A stretch of DNA of 64,000 nucleotides. Source: Minisyncoccota bacterium. Lineage in GTDB: Bacteria > Patescibacteriota > Minisyncoccia > Phycocordibacterales > UBA2100. Positions 30,033 through 39,110 of the stretch are shown piece after piece. Position 1 is the first letter of the stretch; each line of letters begins with the position of its first letter. The stretch spans positions 199,711 through 263,710 of the forward strand of contig JALHPE010000001.1 of NCBI GenBank assembly GCA_022842645.1, given 5' to 3'. The notes below the pieces were generated by a model, which worked only from the letters and a program-made list of their open reading frames with translations, did not search any database and was not told the origin of the DNA. The position numbers were made by a program, and so were the translations under genes.

Positions 30033-30205
30033 ATGAATGGTGCTCTTAGGAGTGTTTCGAGGCCTGCACCCGGGCTTTCGCCGCTGGGTTATGGACTCTC
30101 GGATGGCCTCTGTTTCTGGCAGTATCCGTCGGATGACGGACTTACGGAAAAACGGAGTCCCCTATGAGGCTCGTGCATACTACCCGAGGAGGAATAGGAA
30201 GTCAA
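30033..30205 (-). promoter_or_regulatory. Sigma70 promoter and ~140-nt structured 5' leader of rpsN
   Basis: TTGACT(30205-30200)-17 bp-TAGTAT(30182-30177); several stems in the leader. Confidence 0.65.
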
Positions 30206-30272
30206 ATGCTTGTCATCACAATAATTTTCATATAGCTTTAACAAGGTCATTGGTTTAGAAGGAACACATTTG

Positions 30273-30671
30273 ATGCCCCACCAAAAACCGCTTGCCAACA
30301 AGTCACTTCTTCAGCATCGCATGAACGAAGAGGCGCGCGTTGGCTATGCACTTGCTCTTAAGTACGGAGCCCGTAAGACAGCTGCTCTGATACGTCTCGG
30401 TAGATTCGCGAGCTACGGCCCAGCGATTGCATGCGCCTGGCGGGAACTGGATATGGCAAAAACCGTTAGCGCACTTATCGAAATCGGTAATCCTGACTGG
30501 GCATTCTGTGCAATTCGGTACGCCCCGAATATAACCGCGGCGCAACGCCAATCCTTAATACCCGTTCTTTCCGAAGACTGCTTTAAGCGTGCAGAGTGGC
30601 AGCTCACACACATAATCCACCTTAGCGATGATGAGAAGAAAAATGTACAGTGGATTATTGACCAACGATAA
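30273..30671 (+). CDS. Hypothetical protein
   Basis: ORF followed by a strong hairpin at 30673-30703; no recognised motif, start uncertain. Confidence 0.55.
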   Translation: MPHQKPLANKSLLQHRMNEEARVGYALALKYGARKTAALIRLGRFASYGPAIACAWRELDMAKTVSALIEIGNPDWAFCAIRYAPNITAAQRQSLIPVLSEDCFKRAEWQLTHIIHLSDDEKKNVQWIIDQR

Positions 30672-30743
30672 AGATCCTCACCGGCGCAAGCTGGTGAGGA
30701 TCTGCTCTTAGTCAGAAATTGGGGTCAGGTACCATTTGGCTTA

Positions 30744-30771
30744 TTGACAAAACTATACCAGAATATATATT
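30744..30771 (+). promoter_or_regulatory. Promoter of the TA operon
   Basis: TTGACA-16 bp-TATATT, with ATG 7 nt downstream; imperfect palindrome TATAC...GTATA over the -10 box (possible operator). Confidence 0.6.
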
Positions 30772-30778
30772 TGAGTAT

Positions 30779-31069
30779 ATGACTACTACCACCGTACTTT
30801 TTAAGACTGATAAAAAGCTGAAGGCGCAGGCGCAGGCGACCGCAAAAAAGATGGGTATTCCCTTCTCCGCCGCGATGAATCGCCTCATGCAAGAATTCGT
30901 TGAGCGACAACACATTACGTTCGATACGAAACCGCTTATTCCAACGCCATATCTTGAGCGGATTCTTAAGCAGGGGGAGAAGAATTTGAAGGAAGGTAAG
31001 GTCAAACGATTTGATAGTGTTGATGCATTATTTGACGATCTTGAAGATAGAATTGCAAAAAAGAAATAG
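30779..31069 (+). CDS. Type II antitoxin, RelB/DinJ family
   Basis: RHH-like N-terminus TTVLFKTDKKLKAQAQ.TAKKMGIPFS; C-terminal KRFDSVDALFDDLE. Confidence 0.85.
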   Translation: MTTTTVLFKTDKKLKAQAQATAKKMGIPFSAAMNRLMQEFVERQHITFDTKPLIPTPYLERILKQGEKNLKEGKVKRFDSVDALFDDLEDRIAKKK

Positions 31070-31071
31070 TC

Positions 31072-31335
31072 ATGGAAATTATTGAAGGACGTCCTTTTGC
31101 GAAACAGTTTGCAAAACTTCCTCAAAATCTCAGGATGAAGGTGCGTGAGCGGGTGCACATGCTTGTTGCGGATAGTACTCACCCGCTCCTCAATGACCAC
31201 AAGCTCAATCCTCCCTACGAGGGATACCGGAGCATCAATATCACCGGCGATTTTCGCCTTGTGTACAAGAAAATCAGTGACGATACCTATTACTTGCGGG
31301 CAGTTGGCACCCACCACGAGCTCTATAAATCCTAG
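31072..31335 (+). CDS. Type II toxin, RelE/YafQ family mRNA interferase
   Basis: LNDHKL...GYRSINITGDFRLVY...VGTHHELY. Confidence 0.9.
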   Translation: MEIIEGRPFAKQFAKLPQNLRMKVRERVHMLVADSTHPLLNDHKLNPPYEGYRSINITGDFRLVYKKISDDTYYLRAVGTHHELYKS

Positions 31336-31381
31336 ATTGAGCGGCAGCTCATTAAAAAACCGCCTTGCGGCGGTTTTTTCT

Positions 31382-31921
31382 TTATGCTTTGAGTGGGAGC
31401 CCGAGGTGGCGCAGAAACGCTTCTGCTTCCTTCTTGTTCTTTGCGGTTGTGGTGATCGTGACAGCAAGACCGAAAATATCTTTTGCTTCTTCGTCGGCGG
31501 TTTCAGGGAAAACCATGTGTTCCTTGAAGCCGAGTGTGATGTTTCCCATCTCATCAATAGCCTTCGGATCGATACCGCGGAAGTCGCGCACGCGTGGAAA
31601 GACGATGTTCACAAGCTTATCAAGAAAACTCTGCATACGTGCGCCGCGAAGCGTTACCTGGTAGCCAGAAAGGTCGCCACGACGAGTTTTGAAGTTTGCG
31701 ATGGATTTCGTTGTTGAACGAGGTGCCGGCTTCTGACCCGTGAGACGCGTAAGACGGTCATTGATGAGTTCGAGGCGCTTCTTGTCTTTTATGCTCCCAA
31801 CACCGGTTGAAACGATGATTTTCTGTACGCGTGGTGCCTGCATGGGGCTTGTATAGTTGAAATCCCCCTTAAGAGCAGCGAAGGTTCCTTTAAATTTTTC
31901 TGCAGAGGTAATGGTTTTCAT
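31382..31921 (-). CDS. rplE: 50S ribosomal protein L5
   Basis: TGQKP, SIANFK.R, VTLRG, PRVRDFRG, FPE. Confidence 0.97.
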   Translation of the reverse strand: MKTITSAEKFKGTFAALKGDFNYTSPMQAPRVQKIIVSTGVGSIKDKKRLELINDRLTRLTGQKPAPRSTTKSIANFKTRRGDLSGYQVTLRGARMQSFLDKLVNIVFPRVRDFRGIDPKAIDEMGNITLGFKEHMVFPETADEEAKDIFGLAVTITTTAKNKKEAEAFLRHLGLPLKA

Positions 31922-31922
31922 A

Positions 31923-32234
31923 TTATGCAATCTTTGACTTACTCTTCACCGCGATGCGCTCGCGGACGCCGTCTTTGGTACGTTCAATGCGGATGCGAGT
32001 GGGCTTGCCATCTTTTGGATCAGCAAGAGCGACGTTCGAAACGTGGATCGGCATCACCTTGTCGATGATCTGACCCTTTCGCGCGCGCTTATTGGGCTTG
32101 CGATGTTTTTTCACAGTGTTGAGACCATCGATAACCACCATTTCTTTTTTAGGAAGCACGCGCGCGACAGTACCAGAGCTGCCCTTGCTCTTCCCTGCGA
32201 TAACTATGACTTTGTCTCCTTTCTTGATTTTCAT
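31923..32234 (-). CDS. rplX: 50S ribosomal protein L24
   Basis: IKKGDKVIVIAGK.KG, PIHVSNV. Confidence 0.97.
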   Translation of the reverse strand: MKIKKGDKVIVIAGKSKGSSGTVARVLPKKEMVVIDGLNTVKKHRKPNKRARKGQIIDKVMPIHVSNVALADPKDGKPTRIRIERTKDGVRERIAVKSKSKIA

Positions 32235-32239
32235 ATGCG

Positions 32240-32620
32240 TTACACGATTTCTGGAGCAAGCGTACCAATGCGCTGGTAGCCAGCTTCCACAACTTCGCGT
32301 GGAATAGGACCGAAGATGCGCGATGCTTTTGGTTCTTTTGGTTCTTTGCCGGAGCCGGTGACGAGGACTACTGCGTTTTCATCAAAGCGGACATAGCTGC
32401 CATCCTTGCGGCGGAGCGGCTTAGTTTGGCGAACGACGACCGCCTTGTGCACCTCCTTCTTTTTTACAGCCTTTCGCGGCTGCGCTGTCTGAATTGAAAT
32501 GACCACCTCGTCGCCTACCTGCGCATAGCGCTTCTTTGAGCCGCCAAGCACTTTGAAAACGCGCCCCATGGTTGCGCCGGAGTTGTCTGCAATCTTTACG
32601 AGCGTGCGGTCTTGAATCAT
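32240..32620 (-). CDS. rplN: 50S ribosomal protein L14
   Basis: MIQ..T...ADNSGA, RFDENAVV, RIFGP, LAPE. Confidence 0.97.
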   Translation of the reverse strand: MIQDRTLVKIADNSGATMGRVFKVLGGSKKRYAQVGDEVVISIQTAQPRKAVKKKEVHKAVVVRQTKPLRRKDGSYVRFDENAVVLVTGSGKEPKEPKASRIFGPIPREVVEAGYQRIGTLAPEIV

Positions 32621-32624
32621 AGAA

Positions 32625-32888
32625 TTATTCTGTCTTCGCGGAAACGAGGATGGATGCGAGCGTAAAGTGCTTACGCTTTGAAAGCGGACGGATCTCACGG
32701 ATTGAGACCTTGTCCCCCACCTTTGCAGTATTGCCCGCATCGTGGACGAGGAACTTCTTAGACTTCTTTATGAACTTCTGGTATTTCGGGTGTTTTTCAA
32801 AGCGCTCAACGGAAACCGTGCAGGTGTCCTTCATAGCCGCCTTCACGACGGTGCCTTCGAGTGTTTTGCCTGTGGTTGTGGTTTCCAT
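32625..32888 (-). CDS. rpsQ: 30S ribosomal protein S17
   Basis: HPKYQK...KKFLVHD, RPLSKRK. Confidence 0.96.
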   Translation of the reverse strand: METTTTGKTLEGTVVKAAMKDTCTVSVERFEKHPKYQKFIKKSKKFLVHDAGNTAKVGDKVSIREIRPLSKRKHFTLASILVSAKTE

Positions 32889-32908
32889 AAGTCTAAAGAG
32901 TGCGCATC

Positions 32909-33112
32909 CTAGCCGTTTTTCTTGTTTTCCGCAATGGCGCGCGCTGAGAGCTCTGTTTCCATGCGCGCAATGTCGCGACGAAGCGTGCGACCAGAGCGAA
33001 CATTTCTCGTGCGGGAACCTGCCTCGCCAAAGCGGAATTTGCGAAGTGCTTCACGCTTTTCAGCGATTTCCTTCTGCAAGTCTTCAATGGTGTGTTTCTT
33101 GAATTCAGTCAT
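32909..33112 (-). CDS. rpmC: 50S ribosomal protein L29
   Basis: LRKFRF, RRDIARMET; position between rplP and rpsQ. Confidence 0.92.
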   Translation of the reverse strand: MTEFKKHTIEDLQKEIAEKREALRKFRFGEAGSRTRNVRSGRTLRRDIARMETELSARAIAENKKNG

Positions 33113-33114
33113 AG

Positions 33115-33537
33115 TTAATTTCGTGCGACGACGCGGGTCTTAACGGGAAGCTTGGTACCACCTTTGCGAAGCGCTTCTCGCGCCATAGCTTCAGGAGCCC
33201 CATCAACTTCAAAAAGAATGCGACCTGGGCGAACCTCAATAACGTAGCCCTGAAGATCTCCCTTTCCTGAACCCATACCTACTTCCGCAGCCTTCTGTGT
33301 GAATGGTCGATCAGGAAATACGCGAATCCAGACCTTTGCGGTCTTCCCTGCAGCGCGCGTAAGTGCACGACGTGCGGCTTCGAGCTGATTTGAGGTAATG
33401 CGTGCAGGCGTCATGGCCTTAAGCCCATGAGAGCCAAAGGCAACGGTGATACCGCGCGTCTCCGGCTTTGCGAGGCGTGCCGGGCTTTTGCGCCCCGTCT
33501 GCCATTTGCGATGAAGTGATTTCTTAGGTGCGAGCAT
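33115..33537 (-). CDS. rplP: 50S ribosomal protein L16
   Basis: QLEAARR, WIRVFPD.P.T.K, MGSGKG, KLP. Confidence 0.97.
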   Translation of the reverse strand: MLAPKKSLHRKWQTGRKSPARLAKPETRGITVAFGSHGLKAMTPARITSNQLEAARRALTRAAGKTAKVWIRVFPDRPFTQKAAEVGMGSGKGDLQGYVIEVRPGRILFEVDGAPEAMAREALRKGGTKLPVKTRVVARN

Positions 33538-33542
33538 ATGTC

Positions 33543-34214
33543 TTATTTGTTCTTCTTCTCATCGAAAATTTCACCGCGATAGATCCACACCTTCACGCCA
33601 ATCACACCATATGGAAGATACGCATTTTCACGAGCGAAGTCGATGTCAGCACGGATTGTCTGGAGTGGAACACGGCCACGCTTGATTTCCTCTTGGCGTG
33701 ACATTTCGGCTCCTCCGAGACGACCCGAGACACCGATACGAACGCCCTGCACGTCGCGGTTTGCCATCACCTTCTCAACTGTCTGCTTGAGAACACGGCG
33801 GAATGTCTGACGCTTCTCGAGACCCTCAGCAATCATGTACGCAACCACTGGTGCCTGGGATTCTGGTGAGCGCACTTCCTCGATATCAAGCTTGATAGGA
33901 AGCTTTGGCGCACCTTTCACAGTGTGAGCAACCTTGGTGATTTCTTTGATGAGCTTCTGTGAGCCTTCACCCGCACGGCCAATAACCATACCTGGACGCG
34001 AGGTTTTGACGAGAATGCGAATCGCCTGACGTGTGCGCTCAATCTCAACCGAGGTGACATACATACCGCGGAGGCGCTTCTTCAAAAATCGACGGATCGT
34101 GGTGTCTATCATCACGTTGTCGCGATACTGCTTCGGAGTTGTTGCAAACCAACGCGACTTCCAGTCGCGGATGACGCCGAGGCGATGTGCGTATGGATGT
34201 ACTGTGTGTGTCAT
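33543..34214 (-). CDS. rpsC: 30S ribosomal protein S3
   Basis: VHPYAHRLG, RPGMVIG, SGRLGGAEM, GRVPLQTIRADID. Confidence 0.97.
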   Translation of the reverse strand: MTHTVHPYAHRLGVIRDWKSRWFATTPKQYRDNVMIDTTIRRFLKKRLRGMYVTSVEIERTRQAIRILVKTSRPGMVIGRAGEGSQKLIKEITKVAHTVKGAPKLPIKLDIEEVRSPESQAPVVAYMIAEGLEKRQTFRRVLKQTVEKVMANRDVQGVRIGVSGRLGGAEMSRQEEIKRGRVPLQTIRADIDFARENAYLPYGVIGVKVWIYRGEIFDEKKNK

Positions 34215-34218
34215 AAAA

Positions 34219-34653
34219 TTATGGGGTTTTTTTCTTTGCGACGCGCTTCTTTTTTGCGACCGGCTTTTCTGTTTCGGTAGTTGCCGCCTCAGGAGCTGCG
34301 ACCTTATGTGCAGAAGTCTTCTTCGATTCACCTCGTGCACCGAGCTCGATACGGACGATCGACATAGTGCGGTTGATGCGACCCGCGCGACCACGCGCTT
34401 TCGGCATAAAGCGGCGAAGGACCAATCCCTTATCAACACTAATCGTCTTCACGACGAGATTCTCCGCAGCAAAACCCTGCTCGCGCGCGTTTGCAACAGC
34501 CGACGCAAGAAGTTTTGCGATTTCAGGTGCAGACTTTTTCGGGAGAAATGCGAGCTGATCACGCGCAAAGACAACGCTCTTACCGCGAATCATATCGGCT
34601 ACAAGGCGAACCTTGCGTGGTGACTGTTTGAAATTAGAGAGCATTGCTTTCAT
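34219..34653 (-). CDS. rplV: 50S ribosomal protein L22
   Basis: SPRKVRLVADMIRG, SAVANA, PKARGRA. Confidence 0.97.
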   Translation of the reverse strand: MKAMLSNFKQSPRKVRLVADMIRGKSVVFARDQLAFLPKKSAPEIAKLLASAVANAREQGFAAENLVVKTISVDKGLVLRRFMPKARGRAGRINRTMSIVRIELGARGESKKTSAHKVAAPEAATTETEKPVAKKKRVAKKKTP

Positions 34654-34656
34654 ATA

Positions 34657-34998
34657 CTATTTCTTCTTGGCATCCGCTGCACCCTTTGCGGCTTGCGCAG
34701 TCGCGATTTCAGCAGCCTTTGCCTTCTGCTCGATCTCCTTCTGCATCTTACCGCCGTGACGGCCGAAGCGGGTTGTAGGAGCGAATTCGCCCAAACGGTG
34801 CCCCACCATGTCCTCGGTCACAAACACGTCGTCAAAATTCTTACCTGTATGGACAGCGAATGTGTAGCCCACGAACTCCGGCGCAATCATTGATGCGCGT
34901 GCCCAGGTTTTGATGCTTCCTGCATTCGCTTTACGCGCCGCAACTTTCTTTGCGAGCTTTACGTCGATGTAGGGACCTTTTTTAAGTGAGCGTGTCAT
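34657..34998 (-). CDS. rpsS: 30S ribosomal protein S19
   Basis: [24 protein letters not shown]. Confidence 0.97.
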   Translation of the reverse strand: MTRSLKKGPYIDVKLAKKVAARKANAGSIKTWARASMIAPEFVGYTFAVHTGKNFDDVFVTEDMVGHRLGEFAPTTRFGRHGGKMQKEIEQKAKAAEIATAQAAKGAADAKKK

Positions 34999-35013
34999 AG
35001 GTGTAGCGGGGGT

Positions 35014-35042
35014 ACTGTAGCTGAATTATGGCTTAACGTCAA
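35014..35042 (-). promoter_or_regulatory. Internal sigma70 promoter before rpsS
   Basis: TTGACG-17 bp-TACAGT in the rplB-rpsS spacer. Confidence 0.55.
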
Positions 35043-35053
35043 GAAAATTAAGA

Positions 35054-35902
35054 TTATTTTCTCTTGCCAACACGGCGGCGGGAGACCAAAAATACGTTTG
35101 AATACTTCTTCGGGCGACGCGTCTTCTGGCCTTTGCCCGATGGACGACCCCACAGAGTCTTCGCACGACGAAGACCACGGCCCTGCTTACCCTCACCTCC
35201 ACCGTGTGGGTGGTCAACTGGGTTCATCGCGGTGCCACGCACGCGCGGACGAATACCCTTCCAGCGCGAGCGCCCTGCTTTACCAAAATTCACGAGATGA
35301 TGTTCGTCGTTTGACGCTTCACCAACGGATGCCCAAGCAGTACCGAGGACTTTACGCACTTCTGTCGAAGGCATTTTGAGATGGGTGTAGCCGCCGTCCT
35401 GTGCAACAATTTCTGCGTAGTTGCCTGCGGAGCGCGCAATCTTGCCGCCGCCATTTGGCTTGACTTCGATGTTGTACACGAAGGTGCCGACCGGCATGTT
35501 CTTGAGTGGAAGACGGTTGCCACGGGTGACCGGAACGTTTTCACCAACGAGGAAGGAGTCTCCCACCTGCACGTTCTTCGGCACGATGATGTAGCGCTTT
35601 GCGCCATCAGCGTAGACCGCAAGACCAATGAAGGCAGAGCGGTTTGGGTCGTATTCAACTGAGGTTATTTTTGCAGGAATGTCTTTCTTGTCGAAATTGA
35701 AATCAACAGCGCGCCAGAGTTGTTTGTGACCGCCACCACGGTGACGCATGGTGATGCGCCCCTGATTGTTGCGTCCAAACCCGCGCTTTCCGCCACCTTT
35801 AAGTGCTTTATGTGGCGCATGCCCTGAGAGCACCGCACGATAGTGGATGCGAGTCATTGCACGAGAGCTTTTGGTTACCGGACGATATTTTTTAAGTGCC
35901 AT
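35054..35902 (-). CDS. rplB: 50S ribosomal protein L2
   Basis: GRNNQGRIT, EYDPNRSA, RGTAMNPVDHPHGGGEG. Confidence 0.98.
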   Translation of the reverse strand: MALKKYRPVTKSSRAMTRIHYRAVLSGHAPHKALKGGGKRGFGRNNQGRITMRHRGGGHKQLWRAVDFNFDKKDIPAKITSVEYDPNRSAFIGLAVYADGAKRYIIVPKNVQVGDSFLVGENVPVTRGNRLPLKNMPVGTFVYNIEVKPNGGGKIARSAGNYAEIVAQDGGYTHLKMPSTEVRKVLGTAWASVGEASNDEHHLVNFGKAGRSRWKGIRPRVRGTAMNPVDHPHGGGEGKQGRGLRRAKTLWGRPSGKGQKTRRPKKYSNVFLVSRRRVGKRK

Positions 35903-35913
35903 AGAGTTTAAAG

Positions 35914-36267
35914 TTAGGAAAGAGTGATTGTTTCGCCTTTCTTGAGGTACACATAGGCCTTTTTGCCCCCCTGCTTCACGCCACGCTTGCCGCTTTTCAT
36001 GTTGCGTACGATCTTCGGACGAATATTCACAATGCGGACAGCGCGTGGTGTGACGTTGTATACAGCTTTCACCGCAGAGGCGATTTGTTTCTTGTTTGAC
36101 GACGTGGCAACGTCGAACACATATGTGCTCACACCAGCTGCGAAGGTTGCCTTCTCAGTGATGCGCGGTTTCAAAAGTACGTGCGAGAGATTTGTAGCAC
36201 GCGCCGGAGCACTAACGGAAACCGCTTTTTCTTGTGTCTTCTTCTGTGTGCGTGAAAAGAGTGCCAT
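35914..36267 (-). CDS. rplW: 50S ribosomal protein L23
   Basis: PRITEKA, KKAYVYL. Confidence 0.95.
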   Translation of the reverse strand: MALFSRTQKKTQEKAVSVSAPARATNLSHVLLKPRITEKATFAAGVSTYVFDVATSSNKKQIASAVKAVYNVTPRAVRIVNIRPKIVRNMKSGKRGVKQGGKKAYVYLKKGETITLS

Positions 36268-36271
36268 AAAA

Positions 36272-36300
36272 TAGGTGCTAGGGGCTAGGTTTTAGGGGAA
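36272..36300. repeat. Heptamer half-element at the rplD/rplW junction; contains the rplD stop codon
   Basis: TAGGTGC TAGGGGC TAGGTTT TAGGGGAA. Confidence 0.78.
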
Positions 36301-36974
36301 TTTTTAACACCTTGAGGAGCGCGTGTCGCGAGGATCGCAACTGCTGCTTCGGGGTTTTCGATAACGAGGAAGGTGTGCTTGAGGATAGCAACAGGATTCA
36401 AATCGCGGACAGCGCTTGAAGAGATGTTGCTGATGTTGCGGAAGCTTTTTGTAGTAGAAGACTTTGCGTCCGCAAATGCAACGAGAGCAGCGTTCTTCTT
36501 TTTTGCTGAAAGCTTCTCGAAATCGCCCTTTGAGAGCGCAACCAAAGACTTTTTTGCAGACGACGTAGATGGCTGCTTTTCAATGCCGAAAGAATCCACG
36601 AAGATAATGTGACCGTCCTTCATTTTCTGCGAAAGCGCCATAAAGAGTGCCTTAGCGCGCATCTTTGCAGGAATGGTACGAGCAAAGACCTTTTCATTAC
36701 GCGGACCATGTGTCACACCACCACCCTTCCAGATTGGGGAGCGTGATGAACCGTGACGAGCGCGGCCAGTGCCCTTCTGCTTCCATGGCTTCCTGCCGCC
36801 GCCGCGCACTTCACCGCGACCCTTTGTGTGCGCGACATTTGTGCGTGCATTGTCCTGCATTGAGGTGACCACCTGGTGCATGAGGGATTCGTTCCACGCG
36901 AGGCCGAAGATGTTCTCCGGGAGTTCGAGCGAACCTGCCTTCTTGCCTTGTGCGTTGTAGATATCAGTTTTCAT
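36285..36974 (-). CDS. rplD: 50S ribosomal protein L4
   Basis: TKGRGEVRGGGRKPWKQKGTGRARHGS.RSPIW.GGG. Confidence 0.97.
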   Translation of the reverse strand: MKTDIYNAQGKKAGSLELPENIFGLAWNESLMHQVVTSMQDNARTNVAHTKGRGEVRGGGRKPWKQKGTGRARHGSSRSPIWKGGGVTHGPRNEKVFARTIPAKMRAKALFMALSQKMKDGHIIFVDSFGIEKQPSTSSAKKSLVALSKGDFEKLSAKKKNAALVAFADAKSSTTKSFRNISNISSSAVRDLNPVAILKHTFLVIENPEAAVAILATRAPQGVKNSPKT

Positions 36975-36984
36975 ACTATAAAAA

Positions 36985-37593
36985 TTAGCCACGAATCTCG
37001 ACAAGTGTGCCTGGCTTTCCTGGAATAGCACCTAGGATAAACAAGGTGTTGGTCGCAGCGTCGATCTTCATCACCTTCAAGTTTTTGACTGTGATGCGAT
37101 CGCCACCCATACGTCCTGCCATGCGCATGCCCGGAACGACACGACCGCCTGCACGACCGCCGCCGCCGATAGAACCTGGTGCGCGCTCTTTATTCTTCTG
37201 ACCGTGCGATCGAGGACCGCCTTTGAAGCCATGTCGCTTAACCACGCCCTGGAAGCCCTTACCCTTTGAAACAGCAGAAACTACGACGACATCGCCTTCT
37301 GCAAAGCTTCCGAGATCAATCGTTGCGCCGCGCTCCATGGTTTCAGAAGTGCGCACTTCGCGGATATGGCGAGAAAGAGGTAGATCCTTTAGGTGTCCTT
37401 TCACTGCTTTTGAAAGGCGGCTTTCGCGGCGGATGCCTGTCCCGAGCTGGAGCGCCTCATACCCGTCCTTTTCAGTGGTTTTCGCTTGAGTGACGGTCAT
37501 TGGCGTTGCAGTCACGATGGTCACCGGGGAGACGGTGCCTTTTTCATCAAATATCTGGGTCATACGACCTTTGATACCGAGTATGAATTTCAT
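36985..37593 (-). CDS. rplC: 50S ribosomal protein L3
   Basis: KG.MTQIF, SKGKGFQGVVKRHGF, MAGRMG. Confidence 0.97.
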   Translation of the reverse strand: MKFILGIKGRMTQIFDEKGTVSPVTIVTATPMTVTQAKTTEKDGYEALQLGTGIRRESRLSKAVKGHLKDLPLSRHIREVRTSETMERGATIDLGSFAEGDVVVVSAVSKGKGFQGVVKRHGFKGGPRSHGQKNKERAPGSIGGGGRAGGRVVPGMRMAGRMGGDRITVKNLKVMKIDAATNTLFILGAIPGKPGTLVEIRG

Positions 37594-37721
37594 AATTGTA
37601 GAATGAAAAAACCGCGCACTAGCGCGGAAAAATGATGATTCCGAGCCAGTGGTCCGATATGCGGACATGGGTGCTCCTTTAGGAGTCCCGGCACTATACA
37701 CGAGACTCTTCGGGTATGCAA
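37594..37721 (-). promoter_or_regulatory. Promoter and structured leader of rplC
   Basis: TTGCAT(37721-37716)-17 bp-TATAGT(37698-37693). Hairpins CTCC/GGAG and GTCCG/CGGAC, and a terminator-like CCGCGC/GCGCGG-TTTTTT before the ATG. Confidence 0.65.
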
Positions 37722-37723
37722 AT

Positions 37724-38143
37724 TTAGGACACTATTTTATCTGGCGACCCACCCTCACGGCGCTTTTTGCGCTGGATTGCGAGGAATAGCCATACGCCAA
37801 TGAGGACGATAAAGAATGCGCCGATGGCGAGCGAGAGAGCGTTGTATGGCACGCTTTCGAGCACTTCATACACAGGCGCCTCGAATGGAACGTCATCAAA
37901 GCTATTTTGTGCCTCAAGATATTCGCCCGCCACGCCCTGATCTTCCGCTTGCGCGGCAAGCGCTTCCACCAAAGCGTCGAGCTCTGTCGGCGACATCTCT
38001 ACCGAACGCGGATCCGCCATGATGTCAGCGCGAATAGCCGCACGCAGGGCGTCTTCCTCCTGTGCCAGTGAAGAAAATGGCACAAAAAACGGCAGCATCG
38101 TTATAACAGCAAGAATGAGTGCCCACCTTCGAGCAAGAGTCAT
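37724..38143 (-). CDS. Hypothetical exported, C-terminally anchored protein between rpsJ and rplC
   Basis: Signal peptide plus a C-terminal TM helix with basic tail. Confidence 0.7.
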   Translation of the reverse strand: MTLARRWALILAVITMLPFFVPFSSLAQEEDALRAAIRADIMADPRSVEMSPTELDALVEALAAQAEDQGVAGEYLEAQNSFDDVPFEAPVYEVLESVPYNALSLAIGAFFIVLIGVWLFLAIQRKKRREGGSPDKIVS

Positions 38144-38203
38144 ACAAAATAGTATAGCTCCCTTGCAGGAGCTATATAAGAACTATCCCCACCGATCACG
38201 TAC

Positions 38204-38236
38204 TTTCTCGAATCCCACAAAGTGGGATTCGAGAAA
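38204..38236. terminator. Perfect 15-bp hairpin directly after the rpsJ stop
   Basis: TTTCTCGAATCCCAC-AAA-GTGGGATTCGAGAAA. Confidence 0.65.
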
Positions 38237-38596
38237 TTACATCATCTTCACGTCGATCGAAACGCCGGATGGCAAATCAATGTTGGTGAGCGCCTCAATC
38301 ACTTTCCCTTCTGGATTGATGATGTCGATCATGCGCTTGTGCACACGCATCTCAAACTGCTCGCGAGAGTCTTTGTCGATGAAGGCACCGCGGTTCACCG
38401 TGTATTTCTTGATATCAATAGGAAGTGGGACAGGACCAACCACCTTTGCGCTATAGCGAGCGGCGGTGTCGATGATTTGCTTCACCGACTTGTCCAAAAC
38501 AGCGTGCTCATAGGCGCGCACCTTAATGCGCAGGCGGTGTTCGCCCTCGCTTTTCTTGCCCTTTCGAGCTTTGCCTGCCGCTTTGGTTACTGTCAT
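38237..38596 (-). CDS. rpsJ: 30S ribosomal protein S10
   Basis: RLRIKVRAY, GPVPLP, SREQFEMRVHKR, LPSGV. Confidence 0.97.
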   Translation of the reverse strand: MTVTKAAGKARKGKKSEGEHRLRIKVRAYEHAVLDKSVKQIIDTAARYSAKVVGPVPLPIDIKKYTVNRGAFIDKDSREQFEMRVHKRMIDIINPEGKVIEALTNIDLPSGVSIDVKMM

Positions 38597-38674
38597 AGAA
38601 CTTGGCGAGTATGCCCTATTCCGAGCGAAAACGCAAGATTTTGTTTCAAACGCTCTCACAATATCCCCCGGTCA

Positions 38675-39067
38675 TCACCCTCTCTTTTTGTGAAGCATCG
38701 CATTCACCTTTTCCACAATTTCCGATGGAATAAACTCTGCCTTGATGATGTGGGCGTCTGCGCCGAGCTCCAGAAGGCGTTTATGGGCGGCTTCGCGCCC
38801 CTCGTTCGTGAGGGCAATCTTGAGCGCATGTCTTGCTAAACGCTCTTCATTGACGGTTTCGATGAACTGAAAACCACTGTCGCTCTCTGGCATGGTGACG
38901 TCAAAAAGAATAACGTCGGGTTCGTAGCCGCCGCGGAGTGCGTTTAGTGCATCCCAGGCGCTGCCATAGAGCACAACATCGTAGCCACGCTTCTCAAACG
39001 AAATCTTATAGATCTCCAAAAGAAATCGCTCATCGTCGAGCATTAAGACTGTGGGTTTTTGTTCCAT
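38675..39067 (-). CDS. Single-domain response regulator (receiver)
   Basis: LDDE, LFDVTMP, ALTN, IIKA. Confidence 0.88.
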   Translation of the reverse strand: MEQKPTVLMLDDERFLLEIYKISFEKRGYDVVLYGSAWDALNALRGGYEPDVILFDVTMPESDSGFQFIETVNEERLARHALKIALTNEGREAAHKRLLELGADAHIIKAEFIPSEIVEKVNAMLHKKRG

Positions 39068-39110
39068 AACACTACGTATTATAAATCCCACGGCGACACT
39101 CGGCATCCTG

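Noticed and set aside
30033-30176. rpsN leader as a hammerhead ribozyme or a known riboswitch
   Set aside because: No CUGANGA core or recognisable aptamer consensus; kept only as an unknown structured leader.
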